The translations under genes and the position numbers were made by a program. Shown piece after piece: positions 18,594 to 28,282 of a DNA stretch of 64,000 bases. Below the pieces are notes generated by a model. That model was not told the origin of the DNA. It made no database searches and worked only from the letters and a program-made list of their open reading frames with translations. How positions within the stretch are numbered: position 1 is the stretch's first letter; each line of letters opens with the position of its first letter. The stretch comes from a bacterium (lineage in GTDB: Bacteria > JADJOY01): the NCBI GenBank assembly GCA_046331705.1, contig JAXLQJ010000024.1, positions 1-64,000 on the forward strand, read 5' to 3'.

Positions 18594-19970
18594 GTGACCG
18601 CGACCGCCCTGGCCCACACCTATCGCTACGCGGAACCCTCGGCCGTGGTGGCGGGGCGGGAGCGATCCCCGCACGTGCGCCTGGCGACCAGCGGTGGGGT
18701 CGCGCCCCATCCTCACTTCCTGACGGGAAACCTCGTGCAGCCGCAGCTGGTGGCGAGCCTGCTGCTCGGGCTCGCGGACGTGGTGCGTTCACGCTGGTTC
18801 GTCCCGATGACCGCGCAGCGGCTCGCCGCGATCTTGGATCCGGTGGTGACCAGCGGTGACCAACTGCGCTTCGAGGTCTTCTCCGCTTGCTGCAGCACCT
18901 ATGCACGGGTCGACTTGGCCGACGAGGCCATCGAGGCCGATCGGCGCGGACACGGCACGACCAACGTCGACTTCAACGACACCCTGCGGGCCGCGCTCTC
19001 TGGGCTACGCGGCGACGATCCCGCGCGCCTGTCGGTCGGGTGGGAAGGAATCGAGCTCGAGACGGGCGCAGCACGTGTGATCGAGAAGAAGGTGAAGCTT
19101 CCGGTTCGCTGGCTCAAGGGTTTCGTCGAGGTGCAAGCGCACCAGACCCGCATGCGGCCGGCGCTCGACTGCAGCGGCGAGCAAGCGCGGCGCTTCCTGC
19201 GTGAGCTGCCGCGAGGCGGCTCGCGCGGACGTCCGATGGGCGTGACCTCGGATCGGCTCGGACTGAAGGTGACGCAACGACCCGATCGCGATGCGGTGGT
19301 CGTGGCGGGGATCGAGCGCTTGCGTGTCCTCGAGCCGCTCGCGGCACGGGCGTCGCGGCTCGAGATCGCTCGCGATGAGCTCACCGGATCCAGTATCTGG
19401 ACGCTCTTCTGCGACATCGCGCGCTTTCATCTGGTGCTGAGCCCCGAGGTGGATCGCGGCTTCTCGGGAGAGGGACAGGTGCTGCATTCACTCGCGTCCA
19501 ACGCAGGCGCGGACCTGGTGGCGCGAGTACGCGCCACGCTCGCTTGGCAGAGCGCGCTCTCGCGCGAGTCGCTCGCTCAACGCCTCGGAGCCGAGGTGGC
19601 AGCGATCGACGGTGCGCTGAACCGGCTTGCTACCGCGGGGCTGGTGGGCTTCGACACGTCGAGTGGCCACTTCTTCCGCCGCGAGCTCCCTTTCGATCTG
19701 GGTCGAGTCGAGACGCTTCACCCGCGCTTGAGAGACGCGCGTGAGCTGGTCGCAGCGGGGGCGGTGCAGTTGCGGCCCGGTGCCAACTCGGCGCAGCTCG
19801 AGGCCGAGGTCCAGGGCGAGAGCGCCGTCTATCTCGTACGGATCACGCCCGAGCGCGCCCGATGCACGTGTCGCTGGTACGCGAAGCACGACGTCACGCG
19901 GGGCCCGTGCAAGCATGTGCTCGCCGCCCAGATCGCAGCGGGCCGCGATACCGACGGCTTGGACGCATGA
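18594..19970 (+). CDS. SWIM zinc-finger family protein
   Basis: 'LDPVVT..D.LRFEVFS.CCS.YAR.D', 'GTTNVDFN', 'EKKVKLP.RWLKGF.EVQ', C-terminal 'CTC...GPCKHVLA'. Confidence 0.85.
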   Translation: MTATALAHTYRYAEPSAVVAGRERSPHVRLATSGGVAPHPHFLTGNLVQPQLVASLLLGLADVVRSRWFVPMTAQRLAAILDPVVTSGDQLRFEVFSACCSTYARVDLADEAIEADRRGHGTTNVDFNDTLRAALSGLRGDDPARLSVGWEGIELETGAARVIEKKVKLPVRWLKGFVEVQAHQTRMRPALDCSGEQARRFLRELPRGGSRGRPMGVTSDRLGLKVTQRPDRDAVVVAGIERLRVLEPLAARASRLEIARDELTGSSIWTLFCDIARFHLVLSPEVDRGFSGEGQVLHSLASNAGADLVARVRATLAWQSALSRESLAQRLGAEVAAIDGALNRLATAGLVGFDTSSGHFFRRELPFDLGRVETLHPRLRDARELVAAGAVQLRPGANSAQLEAEVQGESAVYLVRITPERARCTCRWYAKHDVTRGPCKHVLAAQIAAGRDTDGLDA

Positions 19971-22900
19971 CGCCCGCACCGCCGGCTTTGCCATCGGCTC
20001 TCGAGGCGCTCGTCGAGGCGGGCGACGCTCGCGGGTGCCTCGACGCATTGCGCTCGCTCGGCGATTCCGAGCGTTCGCGCGCTGGTCGCACCGCGCGGAA
20101 GCGACTGGATGCACTCTGGAAGGAGCTGCATCCGCGCGATTCCTACATGCCGAGTCAGGACCGGGCTGCGTGGGCAAAGCTCGAGGCGCTCCAGGTCATC
20201 GTGCTTCGCTCCGCTACTCCCGCGCAGGTGATCGCGGCGAAAGAAAAGCTGATCGTCGAGCCGTCGCTCGCCGTGGAGGTGCTGCGCGAGCGCCCGGGGC
20301 CCTGGATCGCCGAGTGGCTCGAAGCGCTTTGCGCCAACCTGGAAGCGCGCGGTCGCTTCGGGGCTTTGCCGCGCAGGGCATTGGTGTGGCCCTTGCTGCG
20401 GGCGGTGGTGCGGGCCGGTCTTGCTCCGATGCCGTCCCACCCGTTGGCGGTGTTCGGTGTGTTCGGAGCCTGTGCCGAGTTCGACCCCACCGACGCGCGT
20501 ACCGGTTGGTGGGCCGCGGCACAGAACCCGTTCCCGCTGCTGGAACGGGATCCGGACTTCGTCGCGAATCATCTGCTGCGCACCGTCGAGGAGGAGGGGC
20601 CACGCGATTGGGCTCCGAATCAGCACGATTGGGCGTGGACCCGCCAACCTTGGTATCTCGGCGGATGGGGCACTGCGTTCGTGGTGCTCTCGCGGTCGGG
20701 CGCGATCCCACGCCCGCAATTGATCAGCTCGTGCTTGGTGGGTCTCGGCCGCGACTTCGCGCAGCCGCGAGCCGTGTGGGTGGCGCGCTTGCTGAAGGAG
20801 CTCGATCCGACGACCGCCGAGCTCGTTCCGCACCTGGACGCGATCCTCCGCCAGCTCGAAAGCCGCGTGTCGGCCACCGTCACCAACGCGCTCAAGATGC
20901 TGCTCGCGATCGACAAGGAGCATCCGATCGCGGCCGATCGCGCGGTGCGTGCGCTGGCGACGGTTCTGGAGGCACGCGAGGTCGGCAAGATCCGCGACGC
21001 GTACCGTCTGCTCGAGCGACTGGCGGCCCGTGCCTCTGGTGACCGAGCGCGCTTGGTCGAAGCAGCGTGCGTCGGGCTCAAGCACGAGAAGGCGGAAGTC
21101 CAATCGCTCGCGCTCGATTTCGTGGAGAAGCACGCCATCGATCACCACGACGCCGTCGCGGCGGTGCTCGCGGCCCAGTTGCCGCAGCTCGCGCCGCCGC
21201 AGGCGCAGCGTGCGCGAGCGTGGCTCGGCACGATCTCATCAGGAGAGGCGCGCGCGCACGTCGAGTCGGCCGGCGAGTCGGATGCCGCCATCGCCGCGCT
21301 GCGTGCGCGCGCGCGCGCGCTCCCCGAGCGACTGCGTGCCCTCGCTGGCATCGATGGCGCGCTCGCGGCGCTCGACGACGATCACGCACCATTCCCTCCG
21401 CCGATGCCGTCGGACGGGACGCTCGTCCCTCGCCTCGATTCGTCGCAGCGCATCGAACCGGTGCGGGATCTCGACGAGCTGATCGAGCTCTGCTCGCGGA
21501 TCCTGGAAGGTGTGATCTCCCTCGAATCCTTCGAGCGCGCGCTCGACGGCGTGAGCCGGCTCGCCGACCAGCGTCCTCACGATTTCGCAGTGCGCACCGC
21601 CGCGCTCGGTGCCCGCGTCGAGGCGAGCGGCGACATGGCCCTGGGCGGACGCCTGCTTGCACAATGCATCGGCCAATGGCTCGCGCGACGCGAGGTCGCC
21701 GACGAGCCCGGAGGCCTGGGTAGCACGGTCGCGCAACTGCTACAGGGGATCCGCGGGCTCGCTCCCTCCGTTGCGGCCGCAATCGACCCGATCGCGGAGC
21801 GGTTGCGACTTCTCGCCGAGGCTCCACCGCGACTCGGGTTCCTCCATCACCGAGCCCTCGAGATCGGGATGCGAGCCGCCACGCGCCGCGCGGCTCCGCT
21901 CTTGGCGCTGCCAACCGACGCCGGCGGCTGGATCGATCCACGCGTGCTCGTCGAGCGAATTCGCAAAGCCCGCGATCCACGGGACTTCGCGCTCATCGAT
22001 TGCGCGCAGGCGTTGCTGCGTCTGGCGCCGGACGGCCGCGATGACGCCCTCCGCGAGGCGAAGGCGCTTCCCAGTGAGCTCGGATCTGCGCTGAGGTACG
22101 CGCTGGGATCGGACACGGAGCCCATCGGGCCGACCGCGGCGCTCTGGGTCGCCGCCGCTCGTGCGCGCGCTCCGTTCGCGGCCGACGAGCGTGTCGAGAC
22201 GGCACACCCGGGGCTCGGGCCGGACGCAGGCATGCCCGCGTGTTTCGAGATCCGCAGGCGAGTCCTCGACAGCTTCCGAGGCGCCACCTCCACCTGGTGC
22301 CTCGACGTCGCTGCAGCGCCCATGGCGAGCAAAGCGGCCTCCGCGCTTCTGACCGTGGAGCTTGCCACCGGGCGTCGTACCGATGAGGCCTTCTGGATGT
22401 ACGCCTATGGAGTGGATGCCTCGGTGCCCATCCTCTTGAAGGGCGTGTGGCCGCTCGCGCGCGAGTCGTTCTTCGCCAACGCGGTTTGCGACATGCGCTG
22501 GCACGCCGACGTCTCCGGTGCGCGTGCGAACGTGCCCTATCTGCAGCCGCTCTTCGACGCAGACGTTCCGCTACGTCCCATGGCTGCGCACGCGCTGGTG
22601 CTCGCAGCACAAGCGAAGGATGCGTCCACACGAGTGCTGGCGCGCGAGCTGCTCACGGTTGCGATCGGCGACGGCCGCGCGCGCGGGCCCGAGCTGACCG
22701 GCGCCATGATCGCACTGCTGCCGATGATGGCTCCGCAGCGCTGGACGGAGACGTTACGTGCGACGTCTGCATCGTCGGCGTTGCACCGTGCGGTGGTCGC
22801 CGATGTGTTGGAGTCGGTGCTCGGCGAAGCGGATCCTGCGAAGCCTCAGCCATGGCTCGACGCCATGGAGCTGCTCCACGACTCGCGATGGACGCGCGGC

Positions 22901-23107
22901 GAAGCGATCAGCTCGGATCGCGCTCGTGCCTTTCTGTCGGCGATCGGTGGCGCAGGGAAGGCCGCGACACGTGCGAAGAAGCTGCTGGCGCTCGCCCCCG
23001 GCGCCGACTCTGGCGAGCGCCGGCAGGCACGCATCGATGCCCTTCGCGGACGCGTCGAACGCGTCGAGGCGTGGCTCACGCGCTCGTACGGCGCGCCTTC
23101 GGTATGA
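19967..23107 (+). CDS. Large alpha-helical protein (DUF6493-like), usual partner of this SWIM family
   Basis: ATGA overlap with the SWIM gene; 'FERALDG', 'LLALPT..GGWIDP..LVER', 'D.AQALLRL' motifs. Confidence 0.65.
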   Translation: MTPAPPALPSALEALVEAGDARGCLDALRSLGDSERSRAGRTARKRLDALWKELHPRDSYMPSQDRAAWAKLEALQVIVLRSATPAQVIAAKEKLIVEPSLAVEVLRERPGPWIAEWLEALCANLEARGRFGALPRRALVWPLLRAVVRAGLAPMPSHPLAVFGVFGACAEFDPTDARTGWWAAAQNPFPLLERDPDFVANHLLRTVEEEGPRDWAPNQHDWAWTRQPWYLGGWGTAFVVLSRSGAIPRPQLISSCLVGLGRDFAQPRAVWVARLLKELDPTTAELVPHLDAILRQLESRVSATVTNALKMLLAIDKEHPIAADRAVRALATVLEAREVGKIRDAYRLLERLAARASGDRARLVEAACVGLKHEKAEVQSLALDFVEKHAIDHHDAVAAVLAAQLPQLAPPQAQRARAWLGTISSGEARAHVESAGESDAAIAALRARARALPERLRALAGIDGALAALDDDHAPFPPPMPSDGTLVPRLDSSQRIEPVRDLDELIELCSRILEGVISLESFERALDGVSRLADQRPHDFAVRTAALGARVEASGDMALGGRLLAQCIGQWLARREVADEPGGLGSTVAQLLQGIRGLAPSVAAAIDPIAERLRLLAEAPPRLGFLHHRALEIGMRAATRRAAPLLALPTDAGGWIDPRVLVERIRKARDPRDFALIDCAQALLRLAPDGRDDALREAKALPSELGSALRYALGSDTEPIGPTAALWVAAARARAPFAADERVETAHPGLGPDAGMPACFEIRRRVLDSFRGATSTWCLDVAAAPMASKAASALLTVELATGRRTDEAFWMYAYGVDASVPILLKGVWPLARESFFANAVCDMRWHADVSGARANVPYLQPLFDADVPLRPMAAHALVLAAQAKDASTRVLARELLTVAIGDGRARGPELTGAMIALLPMMAPQRWTETLRATSASSALHRAVVADVLESVLGEADPAKPQPWLDAMELLHDSRWTRGEAISSDRARAFLSAIGGAGKAATRAKKLLALAPGADSGERRQARIDALRGRVERVEAWLTRSYGAPSV

Positions 23108-25542
23108 CCGTGCTGCCGCGACGCGTATCCCGACGCCTTCTGGATCGATCCATTCGACCTCCACATCCCTCCGAGCGGCGCGGCGCGCGGGTTGTGGTCG
23201 TGGCGCTGCTGGTCCTCGCCGCGGCGGCGCGATGCGATCGCGGGGAGCCGGTGTCGATCGTCGATCTGACCGCTGCCGAGATTCCGGCGCGCGTGGTGCT
23301 CGAGAGTGATGGGTGGGATCTGGTGCGCCACGCACGCGTTCCGCCGCCGCGTTCGCCGATCGCGCTGGTGAGCGGCTGGGCCGAGCCGAACGACGAGCGC
23401 CGCGCCGGCGGCCACGGCGTCTGGGCGGTGACCAAGGAAGCGCGACTGGGCTTCACGATTCTCAAGCCGCGCGAGCGGCGGCTCGAGTTGGTGCTCGTCT
23501 CCGGTCCGACTCCGCCTGGCGAGCAGCAGACCCTCGAGGTGATCGCCGGCGACCGGCTGCTGAGCCCGGCACCGATCCCGCTCGCGCGCGAGCCGAGCAC
23601 GGTCGCGCTCACGATCCCGGCCGATGCGTTGCCCTCGGGAACGCCCGAGCTGGCGCTGCGATTTCGTTTCGCGCTGCGGCCCCGGGACATCGATCCCGCA
23701 GCGAGGGACGAGCGTGCCCTCGCGGCACGGGTGCTGCGGATGACGATCACTCCCATCGCCCCGCCGAGTGGCGCGAGCGAGGCCATGGATGCCGCCTCCG
23801 CGGCGCTGGTCGACGGCTCGTGGGTGCTGCGGGCGCCGGTGGCGGTGCGTTTCCCGGTCGAGCTTCCGGCGGGCGCGCGACTCGTCGCGCATCTCGCCGC
23901 CGAGGATCGCGCGGCTGACGGGACCGCAAGCGACGGAACCGCAAGCGACGGCCGCGACCGCGCCGCCACGTCACTCATCCCCGAGTTCTCGGTGGAGCGA
24001 GACGGTGATCCGCCTCGGAAGCTCGGGCTCTCGGCGGCGCGCGCCACAGCGGGGCGCGGCGACGAGCTCGCTGCGCGTGTGCCCGCGGGCCGCGAGGCGC
24101 TCGCCATCCTCGATGTGCGTGTTGCCGGTCCTTCGGGCGCCACGGTGCGCATCTCCGAGCTACGCGTGGAAGGGCCGGCCGCTCGTTCGCACGCCAGCAC
24201 CGCCGTACCGTCGCTGGCGCGCGCCCCGGCGCCACCCAAGCACGTGGTGCTGGTGATCATCGACGCCGCGTCGGCGTTGCACGCGAGCGCCTACGGCTAC
24301 GCGCAACCCACCACGCCCTTCCTGGAGCAGCTCGCTCGCGAAGGTGTGCGGTTCGAGCGCGCGTACGCACCCGCCGCGTACACCGTGGCCTCCGCCGCGG
24401 CGATCGTGAGCGGGCAGTTCCCGGAGCGAACGGGCGTGGTCACGCGCACCACCCGCCTGAGCGAGCAGGTGCCCACGATCGCGGGCGCTTTCCGCCGCTT
24501 GGGTGCCCGCACCTGCGCGATCCTCGGCAACGCCAATGCCGGCGGAGCCTTCGGCGCGATGCGGGAATTCGACGAGCTGATCGAGGTGTTCCGCGACGGC
24601 ACGACCGTCCTCGATCCCGAGTTGCCGCGCGCGCGAATGCTGATCCCGGAGCAGCTCAACGAGCTGGGCATGCAGTTCCTCTCGCGCGCGCCGGCGACAC
24701 CGAGCCTCGTGTACCTGCACCAAGTGCCGCCGCACCACCCCTATCTCGCGCCGCCGCCCTTTCGCGGGATGTTCCAGCGCGACGAGCCGCGCGATCTCAT
24801 CGCCACGTGGAACGCCCTATCCCCCCGCCTCCCCGGGGCGCTCGAGCGCTGGGAACGCGAGTTCGCTCTCGATCGCTACGACGAGAACCTGCGTTACGCG
24901 GACGACGGCATCGCGAAGCTCGTCGAGCGCTTGCGCGCTGCGAGGCTCTGGGACGACACGCTACTCGTCGTCACGTCCGACCACGGCGAAGCATTCGGCG
25001 AACACGGTCGCATGCTGCACAGCGAGACCATTTACGAGGAAACCATCCGCGTTCCCCTGGTGGTGCATCCGCCTGCGTCGTGGCACGTGCCGCCACACGT
25101 GGTTCAAACGCCCGTCACGACCGTGGATCTCATGCCCACGCTCGTGAGCCTGGCCACGCCCACGGGTACCGCAGCAGACCCCGAGAACGCCGCCCTGGAC
25201 GGAATCGATCTGAGCGGCTCGATTCTCACCACCGCCGAGCCACCGGCTCGAGCGCTCACTGCTCGCAGCATCCCGAGCTGGCGACGTCAGGCACTCGTGG
25301 ACGGGTCGTGGAAGCTCATCGACGACGGACGAGAAGGCGACATCGAGCTCTACGACCTGGCACGCGATCCAGGCGAACAGATCGACCTCTCCAACGCCTT
25401 GCCCGTGCGAACCGAAGCGCTCGACATACGCCTCGCAAAGATCCTCGAGCTTCGCGAGGCCGCGCGCATCCCCCCCGTCCGCGCCGAGATCGATCCCACC
25501 GCCGCCGAGAGCCTGAAAGCCCTCGGTTACGCCGGCGACTAG
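23104..25542 (+). CDS. Sulfatase-like hydrolase/transferase with N-terminal beta-rich domains
   Basis: 'VVLVIIDA', 'YTVASAAAIVSG' (Thr at the nucleophile position), 'PHHPY', 'YD..L.Y.D', 'TSDHGEAFGEHG', 'LYDL..DPGE', 'LKALGY'. Confidence 0.85.
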   Translation: MTVLPRRVSRRLLDRSIRPPHPSERRGARVVVVALLVLAAAARCDRGEPVSIVDLTAAEIPARVVLESDGWDLVRHARVPPPRSPIALVSGWAEPNDERRAGGHGVWAVTKEARLGFTILKPRERRLELVLVSGPTPPGEQQTLEVIAGDRLLSPAPIPLAREPSTVALTIPADALPSGTPELALRFRFALRPRDIDPAARDERALAARVLRMTITPIAPPSGASEAMDAASAALVDGSWVLRAPVAVRFPVELPAGARLVAHLAAEDRAADGTASDGTASDGRDRAATSLIPEFSVERDGDPPRKLGLSAARATAGRGDELAARVPAGREALAILDVRVAGPSGATVRISELRVEGPAARSHASTAVPSLARAPAPPKHVVLVIIDAASALHASAYGYAQPTTPFLEQLAREGVRFERAYAPAAYTVASAAAIVSGQFPERTGVVTRTTRLSEQVPTIAGAFRRLGARTCAILGNANAGGAFGAMREFDELIEVFRDGTTVLDPELPRARMLIPEQLNELGMQFLSRAPATPSLVYLHQVPPHHPYLAPPPFRGMFQRDEPRDLIATWNALSPRLPGALERWEREFALDRYDENLRYADDGIAKLVERLRAARLWDDTLLVVTSDHGEAFGEHGRMLHSETIYEETIRVPLVVHPPASWHVPPHVVQTPVTTVDLMPTLVSLATPTGTAADPENAALDGIDLSGSILTTAEPPARALTARSIPSWRRQALVDGSWKLIDDGREGDIELYDLARDPGEQIDLSNALPVRTEALDIRLAKILELREAARIPPVRAEIDPTAAESLKALGYAGD

Positions 25543-25583
25543 TCAGCCCCGAAGCGGGCGTAAAACGCTCGCTTCGGGGCTGA
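25543..25583. terminator. Long GC-rich hairpin between convergent genes (bidirectional terminator or REP-like)
   Basis: TCAGCCCCGAAGCGGGCGT-AAA-ACGCTCGCTTCGGGGCTGA: 19-bp stem with one G.T pair, directly after the sulfatase stop. Confidence 0.65.
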
Positions 25584-25671
25584 ATCCGCGGGCAGGGATT
25601 GGAGCGGTCGCTTCTGCCCGTCATGGCAGTTCGGGCGTACCGGGTGCCGGCCACGCGCGGCTCGTGCGTCG

Positions 25672-27027
25672 TCAGCCGATGCAGTCGTTGGCGATCAGGT
25701 CGCCCCAAATGTCGTAGTCGGCCTGGAGGAACGGCGGGAACCCGGGCAGGATGGTGATGGGCGTGTACGCCAGCCACACCGCCAGCGATTTGGAAGCGCC
25801 TGGGGGCGCGAGGAGTGCCATGGCGTCCTGGTAGGGATAGGCCAGCGGCTGATTCGTCGCGTTGCGATCGCTCACCCTGAACGGCGAGGCACACACGTTC
25901 GCACCCGTGCCAGCGGCGATGCGCTGCGCGAAGAGCTCGGCGTGTGTTCGATCCATCATGGGCGCGTTCGTGCCGTCATTCACCTGGAACGTGGTGATGA
26001 ACTCGTTCTTCAGCGAATCGAAGGCGAGCGCCGCGGCGCGGATGCCTTCCTCGTTCTCCGGATTCGTGAAGCTGGTGATCTGGAAATCGTTCGTGCCCAC
26101 CTCGGCTCCCGTCGCCGCATCGAGAAACTGGCCGTAAAGCTCCGGGGACGGCTCGAGATTGGTGATGCCCGACGCCCACATGACGAGGTAGCGATTCTCG
26201 GTCGAGCTGAAGGAGACCCGAACCAGCGAGGCTCCGGTCCCAGGTTCGCTCACCGGAAACGCACCGCTCCCGAGCTGTGTACCCGTGGCACCGTCGAGAC
26301 GCAGTGCCCAGACCTGTTGCGGCGGTGCGGAGTCTTGCCTCGATTGCCCCCACGCCACCAGGTACTCATCACCCCCGGGGGTGTACGTGGCGTCGATGGC
26401 CGTCGCACCGCTGCTCGCGAGCAGGATCTCCCCTCCGATGCCCGCCCCGCTCGCGCCGTCGAGGCGTTGCGCCCGTAGGCCCGACTGGCTCCGCCACACG
26501 ACCAGGTATTCGTCGTGGGCCGGGTTGTAGAGCAGACGCAGTGTATTCGGCAGGCTCGTCGCCGCGGTGCTGCCAATCGGAAAGTCGTCGTCGCCGATCG
26601 GAACGCCACTGGGATCGAGACGCTGCCCGTGAATGTGATTGTCGGTTGAAGTCAGCCCAACCCACGTCACGAGGTACTCGTCGTGAAGCGTGTTGTACGC
26701 GGCGGCGGTGTGGCCGTTGTCGGCGGCGAACTGCCCGATCTCGAAACGGGTCTCACCGACGAGCGCGCCCGTGCTCATCGAGACGCGCTGCCCCCGCAGC
26801 TCGGCCTCGTCGGGGAATACGACCGTCGAATCGAACACCACGAGCGCCTCGTCGGCGTTCGGGTTGTACGCCGCTGCGGGCTCCCAGGCGACGGTGCGAT
26901 AGTCGCGATCGTGAAGATCTGGGGAGATCACGATGTCGTCGCTGGTCGTGCAGCCCGCGATCATCGCCGCGCTCGCGAGCGCCGTGCCGAAGCCGACCGC
27001 CTTGTGCATTCGAGTCCACATCCTCAT
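25672..27027 (-). CDS. Lipoprotein with seven ~60-aa repeats (probable beta-propeller)
   Basis: ATG at 27027 with an upstream purine-rich RBS; lipobox 'MIAGC'; repeated 'AYN...EYLV.W ... .QR.D..G'. Confidence 0.75.
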   Translation of the reverse strand: MRMWTRMHKAVGFGTALASAAMIAGCTTSDDIVISPDLHDRDYRTVAWEPAAAYNPNADEALVVFDSTVVFPDEAELRGQRVSMSTGALVGETRFEIGQFAADNGHTAAAYNTLHDEYLVTWVGLTSTDNHIHGQRLDPSGVPIGDDDFPIGSTAATSLPNTLRLLYNPAHDEYLVVWRSQSGLRAQRLDGASGAGIGGEILLASSGATAIDATYTPGGDEYLVAWGQSRQDSAPPQQVWALRLDGATGTQLGSGAFPVSEPGTGASLVRVSFSSTENRYLVMWASGITNLEPSPELYGQFLDAATGAEVGTNDFQITSFTNPENEEGIRAAALAFDSLKNEFITTFQVNDGTNAPMMDRTHAELFAQRIAAGTGANVCASPFRVSDRNATNQPLAYPYQDAMALLAPPGASKSLAVWLAYTPITILPGFPPFLQADYDIWGDLIANDCIG

Positions 27028-27470
27028 CGCGTCGTCCCTTTCCTCGTGGCTTTCGCCGTTGGCAATGGCCTGATCGAAATCAGGGTTTTCCTCGTGTGGC
27101 GGGAAACCATCTGCTGGTGCAACTTCGGTATGCCAAGCACCCCCTCGATCGTGCCAAGCAAGAGCGGTACCACACGCGATTCGCGCGGCAGGCAAGCGCC
27201 GGAACGTGCAGCATGCGGCCGCGCGTCCCGCAAAATGCTTGGTTCATGGGCGGATTCGAGGGAGTCGCGGACTCCGTCGCCGGTGGCGGGCTCATCCACC
27301 ACCATGGCGATCGATACGCGAAGCCGACCGCCGCGCGGGATGTGGTGGCGACGAATGGATGCACTCGCAACGATCGTTGCGCGGTCGCGCATCACGTCCG
27401 CTGGAACGAGGTTGCGAACCCGCGCGGCGCGCCGTGGGTCACTCCTCGTACCCCCGGGGTTGGTCTCGGC

Positions 27471-27990
27471 TCAGCGACCGGCACCGCAGCGCCGGCTACG
27501 CCGCATCACGGCTGGCGCGATCGGCGGTCCGAGCAGCCACGCGACCGACGCCTCGGGAGAGCCGAGCGCGCCGCGCACGCGAATGAAGCTCGCGGTGACG
27601 CCCTTCGCGGCGTCCATCGTGACCTGACAGGTTCCCGTACCGGTGCAGCCCGCGCCGCTCCAACCATTGAAAGAGGGAGGCTCTTCGCGATCACCCACAA
27701 CCGCACTCCCGCGAAGGTGCCGCCCGCTCCGAACCCGAACATGTTGTGGATGATGTAGATCGCTTGGCCGTCGACTGCGACGCCCGGGTAGTCGATCCAG
27801 CGATTGGCGCCCGCCACGTTCGTGACGGCGTCGAATCGCGTCACGAGGCCCTACGTGCTCGCACGTTCGGTGAGCCGCTCTTGCGCTCCAAGGGCCACTT
27901 CGTCGTGGGCGCGAGGCGCCGGCGCGGGTCCCCGCGCGACTCGGCCGCCGGCGTCATCGAGCTCTGCTGGCTCGGGTACGTCGCTCAGCT
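27471..27990 (-). pseudogene. Internally deleted paralog of the secreted protein at 31820-33979
   Basis: Three collinear blocks match ~31820-32015, ~33015-33165 and ~33520-33680 (e.g. 'RWIDYPGVAVD.QAIY...NMFGFGAGGTF.GVRLWVIAK', 'CQVTMDAAK.VTA.F'). Confidence 0.85.
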
Positions 27991-28024
27991 CGAGCGTCGC
28001 GTCACGCGCCCATCGACGGATCGT

Positions 28025-28180
28025 GGATGTACATCGACGACGGCCTCGAGCAGGACGTGGAGCGCTACGATCTCGCCAGCGATCCGGGCGAGCGGCTGGA
28101 CTTGACGAGCACACTGCGGGTTCGCGCGGAGGCGTTCGACATCCGGCTCGCCAAGATCCTGGCGCTGCGCGCCTTGCCGC
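28025..28180 (+). pseudogene. Fragment paralogous to the sulfatase C-terminus
   Basis: 'IDDGLEQDVERYDLASDPGERLDL....VRAEAFDIRLAKILALR' versus 'IDDGREGDIELYDLARDPGEQIDL....VRTEALDIRLAKILELR' at ~25318-25456. Confidence 0.8.
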
Positions 28181-28282
28181 GCCGGCTCGAATCGGGCTGT
28201 GCTTCGGGCCACGCTCCGGCGCAGCGCTGGTCACGCGCGTCACCCGTCGGTCATCACCGTTTCGCGAGAGGTGGGCACACCC

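Noticed and set aside
23914-23952. 15-bp tandem repeat encoding DGTAS units
   Set aside because: Short in-frame linker duplication inside the sulfatase gene, with no sign of phase variation.
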